Virus record (IMG/VR): IMGVR_UViG_3300031669_000010 | Coordinates: 23,422-87,421 of that record | Source of the DNA: a virus | Lineage: Duplodnaviria; Caudoviricetes | Reading direction: 5' to 3' (one strand) | DNA: 64,000 bases | In this document: positions 49,099 to 58,476 of the stretch, one piece after another | Position numbering within the stretch: the stretch's first letter is position 1 | How the letters are laid out: each line of letters starts with the position of its first letter | Program-made: the position numbers and the translations under genes | Notes under the pieces: generated by a model | Told to the model about the DNA's origin: nothing | Database searches by the model: none | What the model saw: the letters and a program-made list of their open reading frames with translations, nothing else

Positions 49099-49578
49099 TT
49101 AATATGATCTATCTCTCTGAATTTGTTTTTCAATTTTTCTCATGTGATCTGCAAACATTTTACGACATTTATTTGCGTCATTTGTTTGATTGCATTTAGT
49201 TGCTTCTTTTCTTAAAGCTGCTAATTTGGCATAATTGGCTTTTAATTTATAGTTTTTGATGCACATTTTCTTATCATCACCCTTTCTTCCAGCACAAGCC
49301 TTTACAGCCGGTCCAAAGAATTTATTATATGCAAGCTTCCCTGCTGTAATGGCAGCGCGAACTACCATAACAGGAGGAAGGTATTTTAAAACAGCTTCAT
49401 CCACAACTTCATCTGCGCCAACTTTTCTTATTTTTCCTTCTAACAGAAATACTCGCATTTGATCTTCAGACGCTTCATTCTCAATAAATCGAAGCGTCTG
49501 AATTTTAGCGTATTTTGATAGTGCAGATTCATAAACCACACACGCAGCTATAAATTTAAGATAAGATCTTTGTAACAT
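49099..49578 (-). CDS. Small virion-associated protein, paralog family of 45953-47128
   Basis: LRFIENEASEDQMRVF.LEGKI; AC...MC...KC-x7-KC. Confidence 0.6.
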   Translation of the reverse strand: MLQRSYLKFIAACVVYESALSKYAKIQTLRFIENEASEDQMRVFLLEGKIRKVGADEVVDEAVLKYLPPVMVVRAAITAGKLAYNKFFGPAVKACAGRKGDDKKMCIKNYKLKANYAKLAALRKEATKCNQTNDANKCRKMFADHMRKIEKQIQRDRSY

Positions 49579-49590
49579 TTTTTACCTCAA

Positions 49591-50322
49591 TTAACCTGAC
49601 TCTGTCACGCCATAACTCTTAACACGATCTTTATTTGTCTTGCTGAAATTGTTAGAGAATGACTGACATTTTGAAAGAACCCAAGGTTCGTGCCATGCAT
49701 AATCCACATTAAACTCAATTTCAAGATCTAACCTTCCAACAGTTTCAACATCGCTTGTAAACAAGTCTTGTGGATCTTTTGCTGGAAATACTCCATCATA
49801 ACAGGCGTAATATTCTACTGTTTTTGCATCGGGTGCTGTAGTCCAGTAGTACATTAATCCGGCATATGTTTTCTTTGTGTAACCTTCGCCTTCATTTCCA
49901 TCATCCAGATCTGTTGCACCAGTTCTATAGTCACGAATCAACTTAACCCAATAATGAAAAATGTCTAAAAGCGGTGTTTTGTTGAATTCTAGGAATTTGA
50001 CTGATACGGTATTTCCGTAGTCAATATTTCCTGGAACTGCCCATTTCACTCCGCCAAGGCCAGTATATTCAATCTTATTCAGAGTTCCACCTGGTGGTGT
50101 AACTGATAAACATGACGCAGCCAACACAGATTGAATTTCACCAATTGCTGTGATTCCAGAATTACCATCTGAAACATAAGCTGGTAGTCCGGGTGGTAGC
50201 TTATCAAACCAAATAAAATGATAGCCAGTTACGTAAGGATCGGCCACTCCTGCAGTTGTTCCACCAAACTTTCTTGTTAAAATGTTTTGACCTAGTTCGG
50301 CAAACGAGTATTTCATACCCAT
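49591..50322 (-). CDS. Tail tube protein (gp19-like)
   Basis: SVTPPGGTL...WAVPGNIDYGNTVSVKFLE...YYACYDGVFP...LEIEFNVD. Confidence 0.8.
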   Translation of the reverse strand: MGMKYSFAELGQNILTRKFGGTTAGVADPYVTGYHFIWFDKLPPGLPAYVSDGNSGITAIGEIQSVLAASCLSVTPPGGTLNKIEYTGLGGVKWAVPGNIDYGNTVSVKFLEFNKTPLLDIFHYWVKLIRDYRTGATDLDDGNEGEGYTKKTYAGLMYYWTTAPDAKTVEYYACYDGVFPAKDPQDLFTSDVETVGRLDLEIEFNVDYAWHEPWVLSKCQSFSNNFSKTNKDRVKSYGVTESG

Positions 50323-50341
50323 GTTAGTATCCTCCTAGTTG

Positions 50342-50866
50342 CTAAGCAACTTTATACTTAATACGTTTCTTTATTACACTAAGAACCGCTTTCCAATCGC
50401 CATTAGAAATATTAATAGCTTTGTCGTCAATATAAAAATCCGCTGCAAGTTTCTCAGCGGTAATTCGATCAAAATAAACGCCATGATCTGTTAACCACTT
50501 AGAAACCATCTTGATCTGTTCTTTGTGGTCACCACCAAATTCATTGGCATTTTCTTCTGATGCTCTCGTGGTAAATATAACTATTTCGTATCCCTTGTCC
50601 CTCAACCAGTTTATAACTTCTTTTGCACCATCAAAGACACCATCATAAACTGTTCCATCTTTATATCCCTTTGAATACTTATGAAGTGTCAAATCAAGAT
50701 CAATCATTGCTCGTTTTGGCAAAGCTTCATTCTTATTCTCTGGATAAACGGTTCTTATTATTTGTCGTTTCTTCTTCTTCCGGCTGCTGGGAAATGAGTC
50801 AATTGCAAAACCCCCGACTGACTCAGTATCTTTAATTTTTTCCAGTATCTTGTCTATATAATTCAT
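50342..50866 (-). CDS. HAD-family phosphatase
   Basis: MIDLDLTL motif I, IFTTR motif II, K..ADFYIDDKA motifs III/IV; start reassigned. Confidence 0.8.
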   Translation of the reverse strand: MNYIDKILEKIKDTESVGGFAIDSFPSSRKKKKRQIIRTVYPENKNEALPKRAMIDLDLTLHKYSKGYKDGTVYDGVFDGAKEVINWLRDKGYEIVIFTTRASEENANEFGGDHKEQIKMVSKWLTDHGVYFDRITAEKLAADFYIDDKAINISNGDWKAVLSVIKKRIKYKVA

Positions 50867-50884
50867 TCTATTACCGGCGATCAA

Positions 50885-50900
50885 TTTTATATTTTGTTCT
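50885..50900 (-). promoter_or_regulatory. Putative late-type promoter
   Basis: AGAACAAAATATAAAA on the minus strand. Confidence 0.6.
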
Positions 50901-50931
50901 AAACTATGTGGCACATTGTTCATAGTTTTAT

Positions 50932-50953
50932 CTATATATATTAATAAATGAAG
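50932..50953 (+). promoter_or_regulatory. Putative early-type promoter
   Basis: CTATATATATTAATAAATGAAG. Confidence 0.7.
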
Positions 50954-50996
50954 ATAGAGTATTTGCTAACTAATTTTTTTATGAGGGAGAGTAAAC

Positions 50997-51410
50997 ATGT
51001 CGAAAAAGAGTAGCGGTTTTATTTTTAGTTGGCCAATGATATTGGCCCTCATCGTTGGATACAATTTTCTTTTTGACGACGATGACGAAAAGGATAACAA
51101 GACTATATCAGTCACAGTGGAGGAGGGTGAGATTATCAAAGAAAAACAACCATCTATAGATGAAAGGATAAGTAAGATAGTAGAGAAGGGAACAACTATA
51201 ATTGAAGATGGCGTGTCTGTCCTTGAAGAAAAAATAGAGGATCTGGACAAGGCATTGACAGAAACAGAAAAGGAGGAACCAAAAGTTGACAAGACACAAG
51301 ATATCAAACCGGAAGAAGAAGAAACTATTGAAACCAAAAACGAAGTGGAAACTATCAAACCTTTGGAAAAGAAAGAAAAAGCCAAAGGATTCGGAATGAA
51401 AAAGCTATGA
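50997..51410 (+). CDS. Membrane-anchored acidic protein
   Basis: N-terminal hydrophobic helix, charged tail. Confidence 0.7.
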   Translation: MSKKSSGFIFSWPMILALIVGYNFLFDDDDEKDNKTISVTVEEGEIIKEKQPSIDERISKIVEKGTTIIEDGVSVLEEKIEDLDKALTETEKEEPKVDKTQDIKPEEEETIETKNEVETIKPLEKKEKAKGFGMKKL

Positions 51411-52390
51411 TGTTTAATAAAGCGTTTAGAAACCAAGACTATGAAATTTACTTCAATACAGTATCAGGCGTTGAAGTCATGCAGGGAAGAGATGGAAAAG
51501 AAGATCCATTTGCGTTGGATCTCCCCTCACTTCTTGATGTTGGTATTATGGGTCACTGTAAGCATAAGTGTCGATTCTGTTATCAAGGCCATGAAAATGA
51601 ACCGAATATGAAGCTTGAAGATTTCAAATCTATTATAGATCAAGTAAAGCATCATACGAATCAAGTTGCTTTAGGTGGTCGTGGTGATCCCAATCATCAT
51701 GAAGATTTTGAGGAAATCGTTAAATATGCTCGATCAAATGGTGTTGTGCCAAACTACACAACCAGTGGAATTGACCTCACACCTGAGCATATTGAAATAT
51801 CAAAACTGTGTGGTGCGGTTGCAGTTAGTGACTATTATCAAAGTTACACATATGATGCATTGAATAAATTTATGAACGCAGGGATAAAAACCAACATTCA
51901 TCTTATTTTTCACTATGGTTCATATGGTTCAGTCATGAAAATATTATACGGGTATGATCCTTGGGTGGGTCTTGTTGATCTTGATCGACTGAATGCTGTA
52001 ATCTTTCTATTATTTAAACCAGCAGGAGCAGGGGAAAAGCTTCCATGGAAACCTCTTGAAGATGAACTGGATAACTTCTCCAACCTCGTATTCAACAACA
52101 AAGCAAAGTTCAAAATTGGCATGGATAGTTGTTTGATCAATCATGTTTTGAAAAGGATTGAACCAAATGAGATTCAGCGTATGTCAATTGACTCATGTGA
52201 GGCGGCAAGGATGTCAGGATACATTACACCTGATATGAGGTTCATGCCTTGTAGTTTCGCCGACAAAGAGAAATGGGCTATTCCTATAACCAAGAAAAAG
52301 GACATTGAATACATATGGAATCGCTCAAGACCATTCAAACAATTCAGACAAATGCTTAAAAAAAATCAATGTTGCCCACTGGGCCTATGA
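51407..52390 (+). CDS. Radical SAM protein with twitch-like C-terminus
   Basis: CKHKCRFC, VALGGRGDP, NYTTSG, CEAARMSGYITPDMRFMPC. Confidence 0.9.
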   Translation: MMFNKAFRNQDYEIYFNTVSGVEVMQGRDGKEDPFALDLPSLLDVGIMGHCKHKCRFCYQGHENEPNMKLEDFKSIIDQVKHHTNQVALGGRGDPNHHEDFEEIVKYARSNGVVPNYTTSGIDLTPEHIEISKLCGAVAVSDYYQSYTYDALNKFMNAGIKTNIHLIFHYGSYGSVMKILYGYDPWVGLVDLDRLNAVIFLLFKPAGAGEKLPWKPLEDELDNFSNLVFNNKAKFKIGMDSCLINHVLKRIEPNEIQRMSIDSCEAARMSGYITPDMRFMPCSFADKEKWAIPITKKKDIEYIWNRSRPFKQFRQMLKKNQCCPLGL

Positions 52391-52402
52391 AAAGGAGATA
52401 CT

Positions 52403-52756
52403 ATGGAATCTATGAAATTAACAAAACAGAATTATGTTGGATTGGCAATGATGGTTGGTATTCTGGTAGTCGGAATCATCGGAGGATATGGTAAACAACA
52501 ATGGGCTGAAAACATCTATACGTTTCTATCCGTTGTTCTGATGATCATCTTCATGGGAGCGGCGTTGTTTAAAAGTAAATTCAAACCCATCAAACAATTC
52601 ATGGCCGTTTATTTTATACATGTGCTATTCTGTGTATCACTTGGATGGTGGTGGGTTATGCTATGGTGGATTCTTACTTGTGTTTCAGTTGGAGTTTCAA
52701 TGAGCAATTACCTAGACGCCATGAAAGGAGCTGTGGAAAGTGAAGCTAAAGGCTGA
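52403..52756 (+). CDS. Multi-pass small membrane protein
   Basis: 3-4 hydrophobic segments; AAGGAG RBS. Confidence 0.7.
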   Translation: MESMKLTKQNYVGLAMMVGILVVGIIGGYGKQQWAENIYTFLSVVLMIIFMGAALFKSKFKPIKQFMAVYFIHVLFCVSLGWWWVMLWWILTCVSVGVSMSNYLDAMKGAVESEAKG

Positions 52757-53243
52757 TTTTGTAACTAACTCAAGCTCTTCGTCATTTATTGTAATTTGGC
52801 CATGTAGAATTAAAAGTCAAGACGATGTTTCTAAATATATACATCGTCTTGACTTTCAGCCTATTATTTTTAGAGATGCAGTTAAACAGAAGGCAAAAAA
52901 AGTCGGTCCTTCCTGTATCAAAAAAATGGCAACTGAACTAAAATGTGGTTGTGTTCGTGGATTAATTGACCACTGGGAATATGAAAAACAATTCTGCAAA
53001 AGAGAGGGTATAGAACAACTAAATCTCTATAAAAATCGAGCATGGCGAGATCAGTTCCATGAAGAATATGAAATTCATAGTTCTGCTCAGGCAAAGGAAA
53101 TGGCGGAGAAGTTTATAAACGAAAGCGGGGATGGTTATGTCTACTATTTTAGCTACGGTGATGAAGACGGTGGAATCTTTTCTGCACTGGAACACGAAAA
53201 CAACTGGGGAGGACTTCCAAAGATCCACATTAGCCAACACTAG
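52740..53243 (+). CDS. MKxKxDFVTNSS-motif protein 6
   Basis: GTG start; MKLKADFVTNSSSSSF. Confidence 0.75.
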   Translation: MKLKADFVTNSSSSSFIVIWPCRIKSQDDVSKYIHRLDFQPIIFRDAVKQKAKKVGPSCIKKMATELKCGCVRGLIDHWEYEKQFCKREGIEQLNLYKNRAWRDQFHEEYEIHSSAQAKEMAEKFINESGDGYVYYFSYGDEDGGIFSALEHENNWGGLPKIHISQH

Positions 53244-53250
53244 GAGGAAT

Positions 53251-53775
53251 ATGAAGGTAGCAGATTTTGATAGTGTTAGAGAAAAAAATACGCATGTTAA
53301 AAACTATGTTATGGCAGAGTTTGTCGCAGTTCCCCCAGACTTTGACTGCATAAGTCATCTATCTATGAGAGAGCATATTGGTATGTTTGCTATCAAAGAT
53401 ATAGATAAGGATCAAGTTAAAATAATATCAGATGCAGTTGCGGGGTCCGCTGTATTCACTACTATGAACAATGCATTGCTTAATCCTACATCATGCTTCT
53501 TCTTTCTTCAATTGATGACTGAATTAAATTTGATCCTAAAGAAGATTGATAATCCTCTTAGAAGAAGTCAAGACGAATATAAAAGATTCGCACAACGATA
53601 CGAAGAGAGCAGAATGTCTTATATTGCTGGGCAAGAGGTTGAACGTATAAGTTTTCTCATTGTCAACATAGTACCATTATTGAATCAAAGCATAATTGAT
53701 GAAGCATGGGATTCAATCCTTGAGCTGAGTCAATTTCAAAAGGAGTTAAACGAAACCAACTATAAATTCGATTAA
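53251..53775 (+). CDS. Hypothetical protein
   Basis: AGGAGG RBS before the ATG at 53251. Confidence 0.65.
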   Translation: MKVADFDSVREKNTHVKNYVMAEFVAVPPDFDCISHLSMREHIGMFAIKDIDKDQVKIISDAVAGSAVFTTMNNALLNPTSCFFFLQLMTELNLILKKIDNPLRRSQDEYKRFAQRYEESRMSYIAGQEVERISFLIVNIVPLLNQSIIDEAWDSILELSQFQKELNETNYKFD

Positions 53776-53784
53776 GGAGGATGT

Positions 53785-54282
53785 ATGAAGAAATTTTTGA
53801 AATGGACAGGCATCGTAATCTTCGTTCTTAGCACTTTCATACTTGTGGCGATTGCTCAGGCAGGTGTTGATGCAGTTCAGATTGGTGAAGTCACTTGTAT
53901 CAAAAGAATGATTGATGGGAATGATGTTATTAAAATAATTCGAGTTCAGGATCCCGAGAATCCATTCGTTTCCATCTTCTTCACAACTGTAAAAAGTGGC
54001 AAAGTATTCGCTCTGGCAGATCCCAGCAACACTTCAATTGCTGCCAGACTGACCGGAGACATTCCTGTTGATAAAGATGGTAAACAGATCATCAATAAAG
54101 AAGCGAATAAAGACATTGCTCACATAAGCAAATCAATTGGATCTAAGGTCATGAAGATTGCAAGGTTTTATGATGTGAAGATGAACACTCTAACTTACCT
54201 GGTCTATACAACCAAACTGTTAGATGGTTCATTAAAACATTCGTTATCAGTTGTGCCGTTAGGAAAACCCCTGGCTCCCTGA
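53785..54282 (+). CDS. creA: CreA-family exported protein
   Basis: Signal peptide; IGEV...ND.IKI..VQDPE...DPSNTSIAAR..G...KSIGSKVMKIARFYD..MNTLTYLVYTTKLLDGSLKHSLSVVP. Confidence 0.88.
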   Translation: MKKFLKWTGIVIFVLSTFILVAIAQAGVDAVQIGEVTCIKRMIDGNDVIKIIRVQDPENPFVSIFFTTVKSGKVFALADPSNTSIAARLTGDIPVDKDGKQIINKEANKDIAHISKSIGSKVMKIARFYDVKMNTLTYLVYTTKLLDGSLKHSLSVVPLGKPLAP

Positions 54283-54291
54283 TCAACGACG

Positions 54292-54336
54292 GCAAAAAGG
54301 AGTCACCCTGATACTATGGGCGACTCCTTTTTTTGC
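54292..54336. terminator. Bidirectional terminator between creA and the sheath gene
   Basis: AAAAAGGAGTCACCC-9 nt-GGGCGACTCCTTTTTTT. Confidence 0.88.
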
Positions 54337-54351
54337 TTGTCGGGCTCAACT

Positions 54352-56304
54352 TTATACGATAAAGAAGTTCAGTTCAATCTGCTCAACAGTTCTGGTAGGC
54401 TCTAAGGTTACGTTGACGTGGAATCTCTTCGTACGTCTTTCGTAATCTGTTGCGCTTACTTCCACTGAGTAGTTTGTTAGACCACGTTTCATTCTGATAA
54501 CTTCAAGGAAGTCAATCAGTCTACCTGAAACAAGACTCCAGGTAATTTCATCATTTTGCTCAAAGATGAAGAAACGGCAGAAGTCCTCAAATGCTCTCTT
54601 GATGTACAGAACAAGTCGAACGATGTTCAGATCTTGTAGAGCACTTGCCTTAGCTTGAGATGTTAACTGACCCCATACAACATAACCCGGATTGAATTTC
54701 ACAATTGGGTTCAGCTGTTTTAGATACAGTTGGTCTCTCTGACCAAGACGAGGATTATAACGAAGTTCTTTAATTGTGTCGATTGCAGCTCTATTGAAAC
54801 CAGCTGCTGCGAACCAAAGCTCAGCAACAGTATCGTTTCTTGGTAGGATATAAGACATATGATAAATCGGTGAGAACCATACATCTTGTCCTGTAAATGC
54901 GTCATATACTTTATTGTAACATTCATATAGAGCAACGAAGTAATTATTGAATGTATTGACATTAGTTCTTGTTGAAAGTGCTAGATTCGAAGTAGAATTG
55001 TCGCCATTGTCAAGAATACCAACACAGTCACGTCTTGTCTGACAAAGTGTACTGATTGCAGTTTTTACATCTGATGGATAACCGCAATCAAATACCATTG
55101 AGAAGTAAGTATTTTCATTGTCGAGTACGTTATCGTCAATGATACCACTATAGGCTTGGTTCAGTAATTGTGTAGCTTCTGCAGAATCTAATGATCCGTC
55201 AGCTTGTAATAGATCACCATCACTACCTTTTCTCATTGGCACAGGATCAGCATTTGTGAATGCTGCGGCAACAGATCCGTATGATTTCTTAATACGATAC
55301 TCAATTTGAGAAGCATCATCGAAATCAGTTACGTTACCATTCCATGAATTAGTTGATAATGAAACTTCTGAATAAACAGAAACTTCTTCACTATCAATAC
55401 CGCCTGCAAGACCCATCCAACCCCAGATTTCAACTCCTCTTGCATCCTTAGCAACAACAACATATTCTCCTGTTCCTGTTCCTTCCCAGTCAGCAAAGTT
55501 TTGTTTGATATCTGTGATAGTTGCAGAACCAGCTGTAGTAACAGCAGTGACATTTGTATCAATGTCTTTATCATAGAATCTAATATTTTCATCATATCCA
55601 GCAGATAGACGATCCGTATCTTGATCAATCCACATCTCTGCCCTTAACACCGCTGAATATGTGTTTAGCACATCGACAATCCAGATTGATTCCCCCGCTG
55701 TGTCTCGAGCAAATTGCTCAAATGAAACTCCAAAGGATTCAATAATTGCATCTTGTCCATCTGTTTGTCTCTCGTAGATGTCGATGATATACTGATCCCA
55801 GAGGGTTGGGTTAGACACTTCTGTAAGTCTGATTCCTAATTTGTTATACCATTGACCTCTTCCGATTGGATACAAGAAACAAATTGGATATGCAGTACCA
55901 TCTTGCTGTAGATTGGTTTGAAGTTCATCTGTGTCATTCATTCCTTCTACAAATGTAATTTGGTATCCTGCAGTTGAGTCGCCTGGTGCAACTGTGGCAT
56001 CGATCCTAATGTTTGAATACGTAGCATTATCAGGAAGAGTTCTCATGAAATATAAAGATCCCGATTCTCCTAAATAGTTGTACGCACAATAAGGACCTTG
56101 TCCATAATTTTTACCATACGTCGAAATGTTTGGCTCTCCAAACTCTGAAATAAAATCAGATCTTGAACCAACGAACTTTAAAACGTTGTCTTCCCCCTTT
56201 TCGGTAAGGGCGGCAATAAAGCCGATAGTGGAAGGTACTGCTTGGACGAATTGCGAAAGGTCAATAATTTTGCTGAATACGCCCGGAGATACATTAGCAG
56301 CCAT
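54352..56304 (-). CDS. Contractile tail sheath protein
   Basis: MAANVSPGVFSKIID, LWFAAAGFNRA, LYLKQLNPI, VWGQLT, LNIVRLVLYIKR, LEPTRTVEQIELNF. Confidence 0.95.
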   Translation of the reverse strand: MAANVSPGVFSKIIDLSQFVQAVPSTIGFIAALTEKGEDNVLKFVGSRSDFISEFGEPNISTYGKNYGQGPYCAYNYLGESGSLYFMRTLPDNATYSNIRIDATVAPGDSTAGYQITFVEGMNDTDELQTNLQQDGTAYPICFLYPIGRGQWYNKLGIRLTEVSNPTLWDQYIIDIYERQTDGQDAIIESFGVSFEQFARDTAGESIWIVDVLNTYSAVLRAEMWIDQDTDRLSAGYDENIRFYDKDIDTNVTAVTTAGSATITDIKQNFADWEGTGTGEYVVVAKDARGVEIWGWMGLAGGIDSEEVSVYSEVSLSTNSWNGNVTDFDDASQIEYRIKKSYGSVAAAFTNADPVPMRKGSDGDLLQADGSLDSAEATQLLNQAYSGIIDDNVLDNENTYFSMVFDCGYPSDVKTAISTLCQTRRDCVGILDNGDNSTSNLALSTRTNVNTFNNYFVALYECYNKVYDAFTGQDVWFSPIYHMSYILPRNDTVAELWFAAAGFNRAAIDTIKELRYNPRLGQRDQLYLKQLNPIVKFNPGYVVWGQLTSQAKASALQDLNIVRLVLYIKRAFEDFCRFFIFEQNDEITWSLVSGRLIDFLEVIRMKRGLTNYSVEVSATDYERRTKRFHVNVTLEPTRTVEQIELNFFIV

Positions 56305-56427
56305 ATCAGTTTCCTCCTAGTTAATTTTTCTAGTGTATAGTGTAATAATCTCTATAATTCTTTATTTTCCTTTCTCTCCAGGTCTATAGTATAAAATCAT
56401 TTTCAAGAGTCTAAAATCCTTTTGTAA

Positions 56428-57123
56428 TTAGACGTATAAGAACCAAGAAAAGATCAGTCTTCGATCAGCTGTTTTAACAATGGACGGGAATGTAACTCTT
56501 GAAAAAATTGTATAATTTCTAGGGTCCTGTCCTCCCAAGGCGGATTGACATGTAAATAAACCTGCCTCGCTTAACTGTTTATCGTTAGCATATGTAACTC
56601 CCGCTGTAGTAACAATTTTGATAACTAACCATTTATCGTCATTAAGTGCATCTTGTTCAAATTCAATTGAATCAAATGGAATCTTGTAATAACCCGTTTC
56701 TGGATGTTCAGCATCTGGGATTAAATAATAATCAGAAGCAGACGAATCTGATGCGGTTATCATAACTTGAGAATTTAAATTTGTATCTGTTAATGTTGGA
56801 GGTGCTGGATTCAATGGGTCACCTGGAATGACACCACCATCTCCAAGACCAAACCAACTAATAAACTCATCTTTGTCTGAAGTAACATTTGAATTATCAA
56901 AATTAACTATTCTTTGCGCCAACCATTCTCTACCAATATAAAGAACTAGATTGTGTTTTCCAACTAGTTTCTTATTACCAGATTCATCCACCTCATAGAT
57001 TTCCACATAACCTTGTGGATTTCCGAGTTTGTTTCTTGACGGTTTACCAACTGAATCATTTAAACAGTTGTCGCCATAAAAATCCCTTGCGACAATCTCT
57101 ATTGTCTCGATTTTCTTATCCAT
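56428..57123 (-). CDS. Tail/baseplate structural protein
   Basis: HNLVLYIGRE..AQRI, FGLGDG, LSEAGLF, FSRVTFPSIVK pattern. Confidence 0.65.
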   Translation of the reverse strand: MDKKIETIEIVARDFYGDNCLNDSVGKPSRNKLGNPQGYVEIYEVDESGNKKLVGKHNLVLYIGREWLAQRIVNFDNSNVTSDKDEFISWFGLGDGGVIPGDPLNPAPPTLTDTNLNSQVMITASDSSASDYYLIPDAEHPETGYYKIPFDSIEFEQDALNDDKWLVIKIVTTAGVTYANDKQLSEAGLFTCQSALGGQDPRNYTIFSRVTFPSIVKTADRRLIFSWFLYV

Positions 57124-57152
57124 GTTTTGGTTTCCTTCTAAAGGTGGTATAC

Positions 57153-57167
57153 TTTATATTTTGTTCT
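57153..57167 (-). promoter_or_regulatory. Putative late-type promoter
   Basis: AGAACAAAATATAAA on the minus strand. Confidence 0.6.
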
Positions 57168-57188
57168 AATTATTGAGTAGGTTTGGTA

Positions 57189-57210
57189 CTATATATATTA
57201 ATAAGTGAAG
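57189..57210 (+). promoter_or_regulatory. Putative early-type promoter
   Basis: CTATATATATTAATAAGTGAAG. Confidence 0.7.
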
Positions 57211-57242
57211 AATGATACAAATCTTTAAATCGGGGGAAAACA

Positions 57243-57452
57243 ATGTTTAAATTATATAGAGAAGATTTAATTGAAGAGAATCCAAAAGTATTGGGAATTT
57301 ATTTCTCACAAGTTGCGGCTCACGAAGCAGCAGAAGGTATGGTAGACATTACTAAATTCAAATTGACCAACATGAATGGTAAAAAAGCAATGTTTGCTTA
57401 TCGTGTGACAAAAGGATGTCCGTATATTAAATGGAGAATGAAAAATATTTAA
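57243..57452 (+). CDS. Small hypothetical protein (single-gene island)
   Basis: GGGGG RBS; has its own promoter motif and a downstream hairpin. Confidence 0.65.
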   Translation: MFKLYREDLIEENPKVLGIYFSQVAAHEAAEGMVDITKFKLTNMNGKKAMFAYRVTKGCPYIKWRMKNI

Positions 57453-57462
57453 CGTAAAATAG

Positions 57463-57508
57463 GGTACCAGGGAGTGAAAACCTACATATTAGTTTTCACT
57501 CAAGTACC
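57463..57508. terminator. Hairpin between convergent genes
   Basis: GAGTGAAAAC-10 nt-GTTTTCACTC, flanked by GGTAC/GTACC. Confidence 0.65.
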
Positions 57509-57543
57509 TGGTGGCCTCTATTTACACTCGCACGATTTTTTGT

Positions 57544-58377
57544 TTATTCTAAGAATGTTCCACAAGAAGGACAAAATTTAAAATTAGATTTAGATTTTGT
57601 CCCACAAGATGAACACACAAGTTTAGTTGATACTGTTACTGGTTGTTGTATTTGAGAACCAGTTCCATTCAAACCCTTGAGTTGAATTGTAATAACTTGA
57701 GATTGTTCTAATTCTCCAATAGCTCCATATCTAAATGATTGGTTACATTCAGATCCTTTGACAGTAATTCCTTCATCGTCAAGAGGTTGACCAAGAGATT
57801 CAACTTGAACCATATTGATATTTGGAGCATCAAAACTGCGAGAATTCTCAGCCATTCCTTTAACTTGATCTCCTGAATTTGACATTGTAAAATTATCGCC
57901 TGCTGATCCGTATTTAACAGTTGAGTCTCCAGTGAACCAATTATTATGATTCCAATGAAATGGAGGAATTTGGTGATGGTAAACATCGTGATGCTCAGTG
58001 ATGATTACTTTCTTTCCAATGACAGGATCAGGTTTCTCAAATGCAAATTCAACTCGAATTAATCCATCGTCAACTCTATCGCCTCTATGAGCTTGAATCT
58101 CTTTTGTTTTGTGAATGAATCTAAAATGATTTCTAACAATCGAACCGCTAAGAAATCCTTGAAGTTCAGTACTAGAATTTGAATCAAGAATTAGAGAACT
58201 GTAGTCGAGAACATCCTGTCCGTCGATACTGACCTTTGCTGATGCTCTTCTTGAGTTGAGGTTTTTGAGAAGAAGTGTGTATTCACTTCCATAAGGTAGG
58301 CGAACTTCTCCATGAGTGACTCTGAGGATGTGCCCCTCACATTTTACTTCTACTACGAAATTGTCTTTATACGTCAT
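57544..58377 (-). CDS. Conserved hypothetical protein with C-terminal zinc ribbon
   Basis: LPYGSEYTLLLKN..SRRASAKVSIDGQDV; CSSCG...CPSCG. Confidence 0.75.
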   Translation of the reverse strand: MTYKDNFVVEVKCEGHILRVTHGEVRLPYGSEYTLLLKNLNSRRASAKVSIDGQDVLDYSSLILDSNSSTELQGFLSGSIVRNHFRFIHKTKEIQAHRGDRVDDGLIRVEFAFEKPDPVIGKKVIITEHHDVYHHQIPPFHWNHNNWFTGDSTVKYGSAGDNFTMSNSGDQVKGMAENSRSFDAPNINMVQVESLGQPLDDEGITVKGSECNQSFRYGAIGELEQSQVITIQLKGLNGTGSQIQQPVTVSTKLVCSSCGTKSKSNFKFCPSCGTFLE

Positions 58378-58460
58378 GATAGTATCTCCTTTTTCAGGTC
58401 ACAGACTAAGACCTCGTTTTTGTATTTAAAGTCTGTTGGTTTATATCGTGCGAGAGTTTC

Positions 58461-58474
58461 ATTTAATTTGTTCT
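58461..58474 (-). promoter_or_regulatory. Putative late-type promoter (variant)
   Basis: AGAACAAATTAAAT on the minus strand. Confidence 0.45.
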
Positions 58475-58476
58475 TA

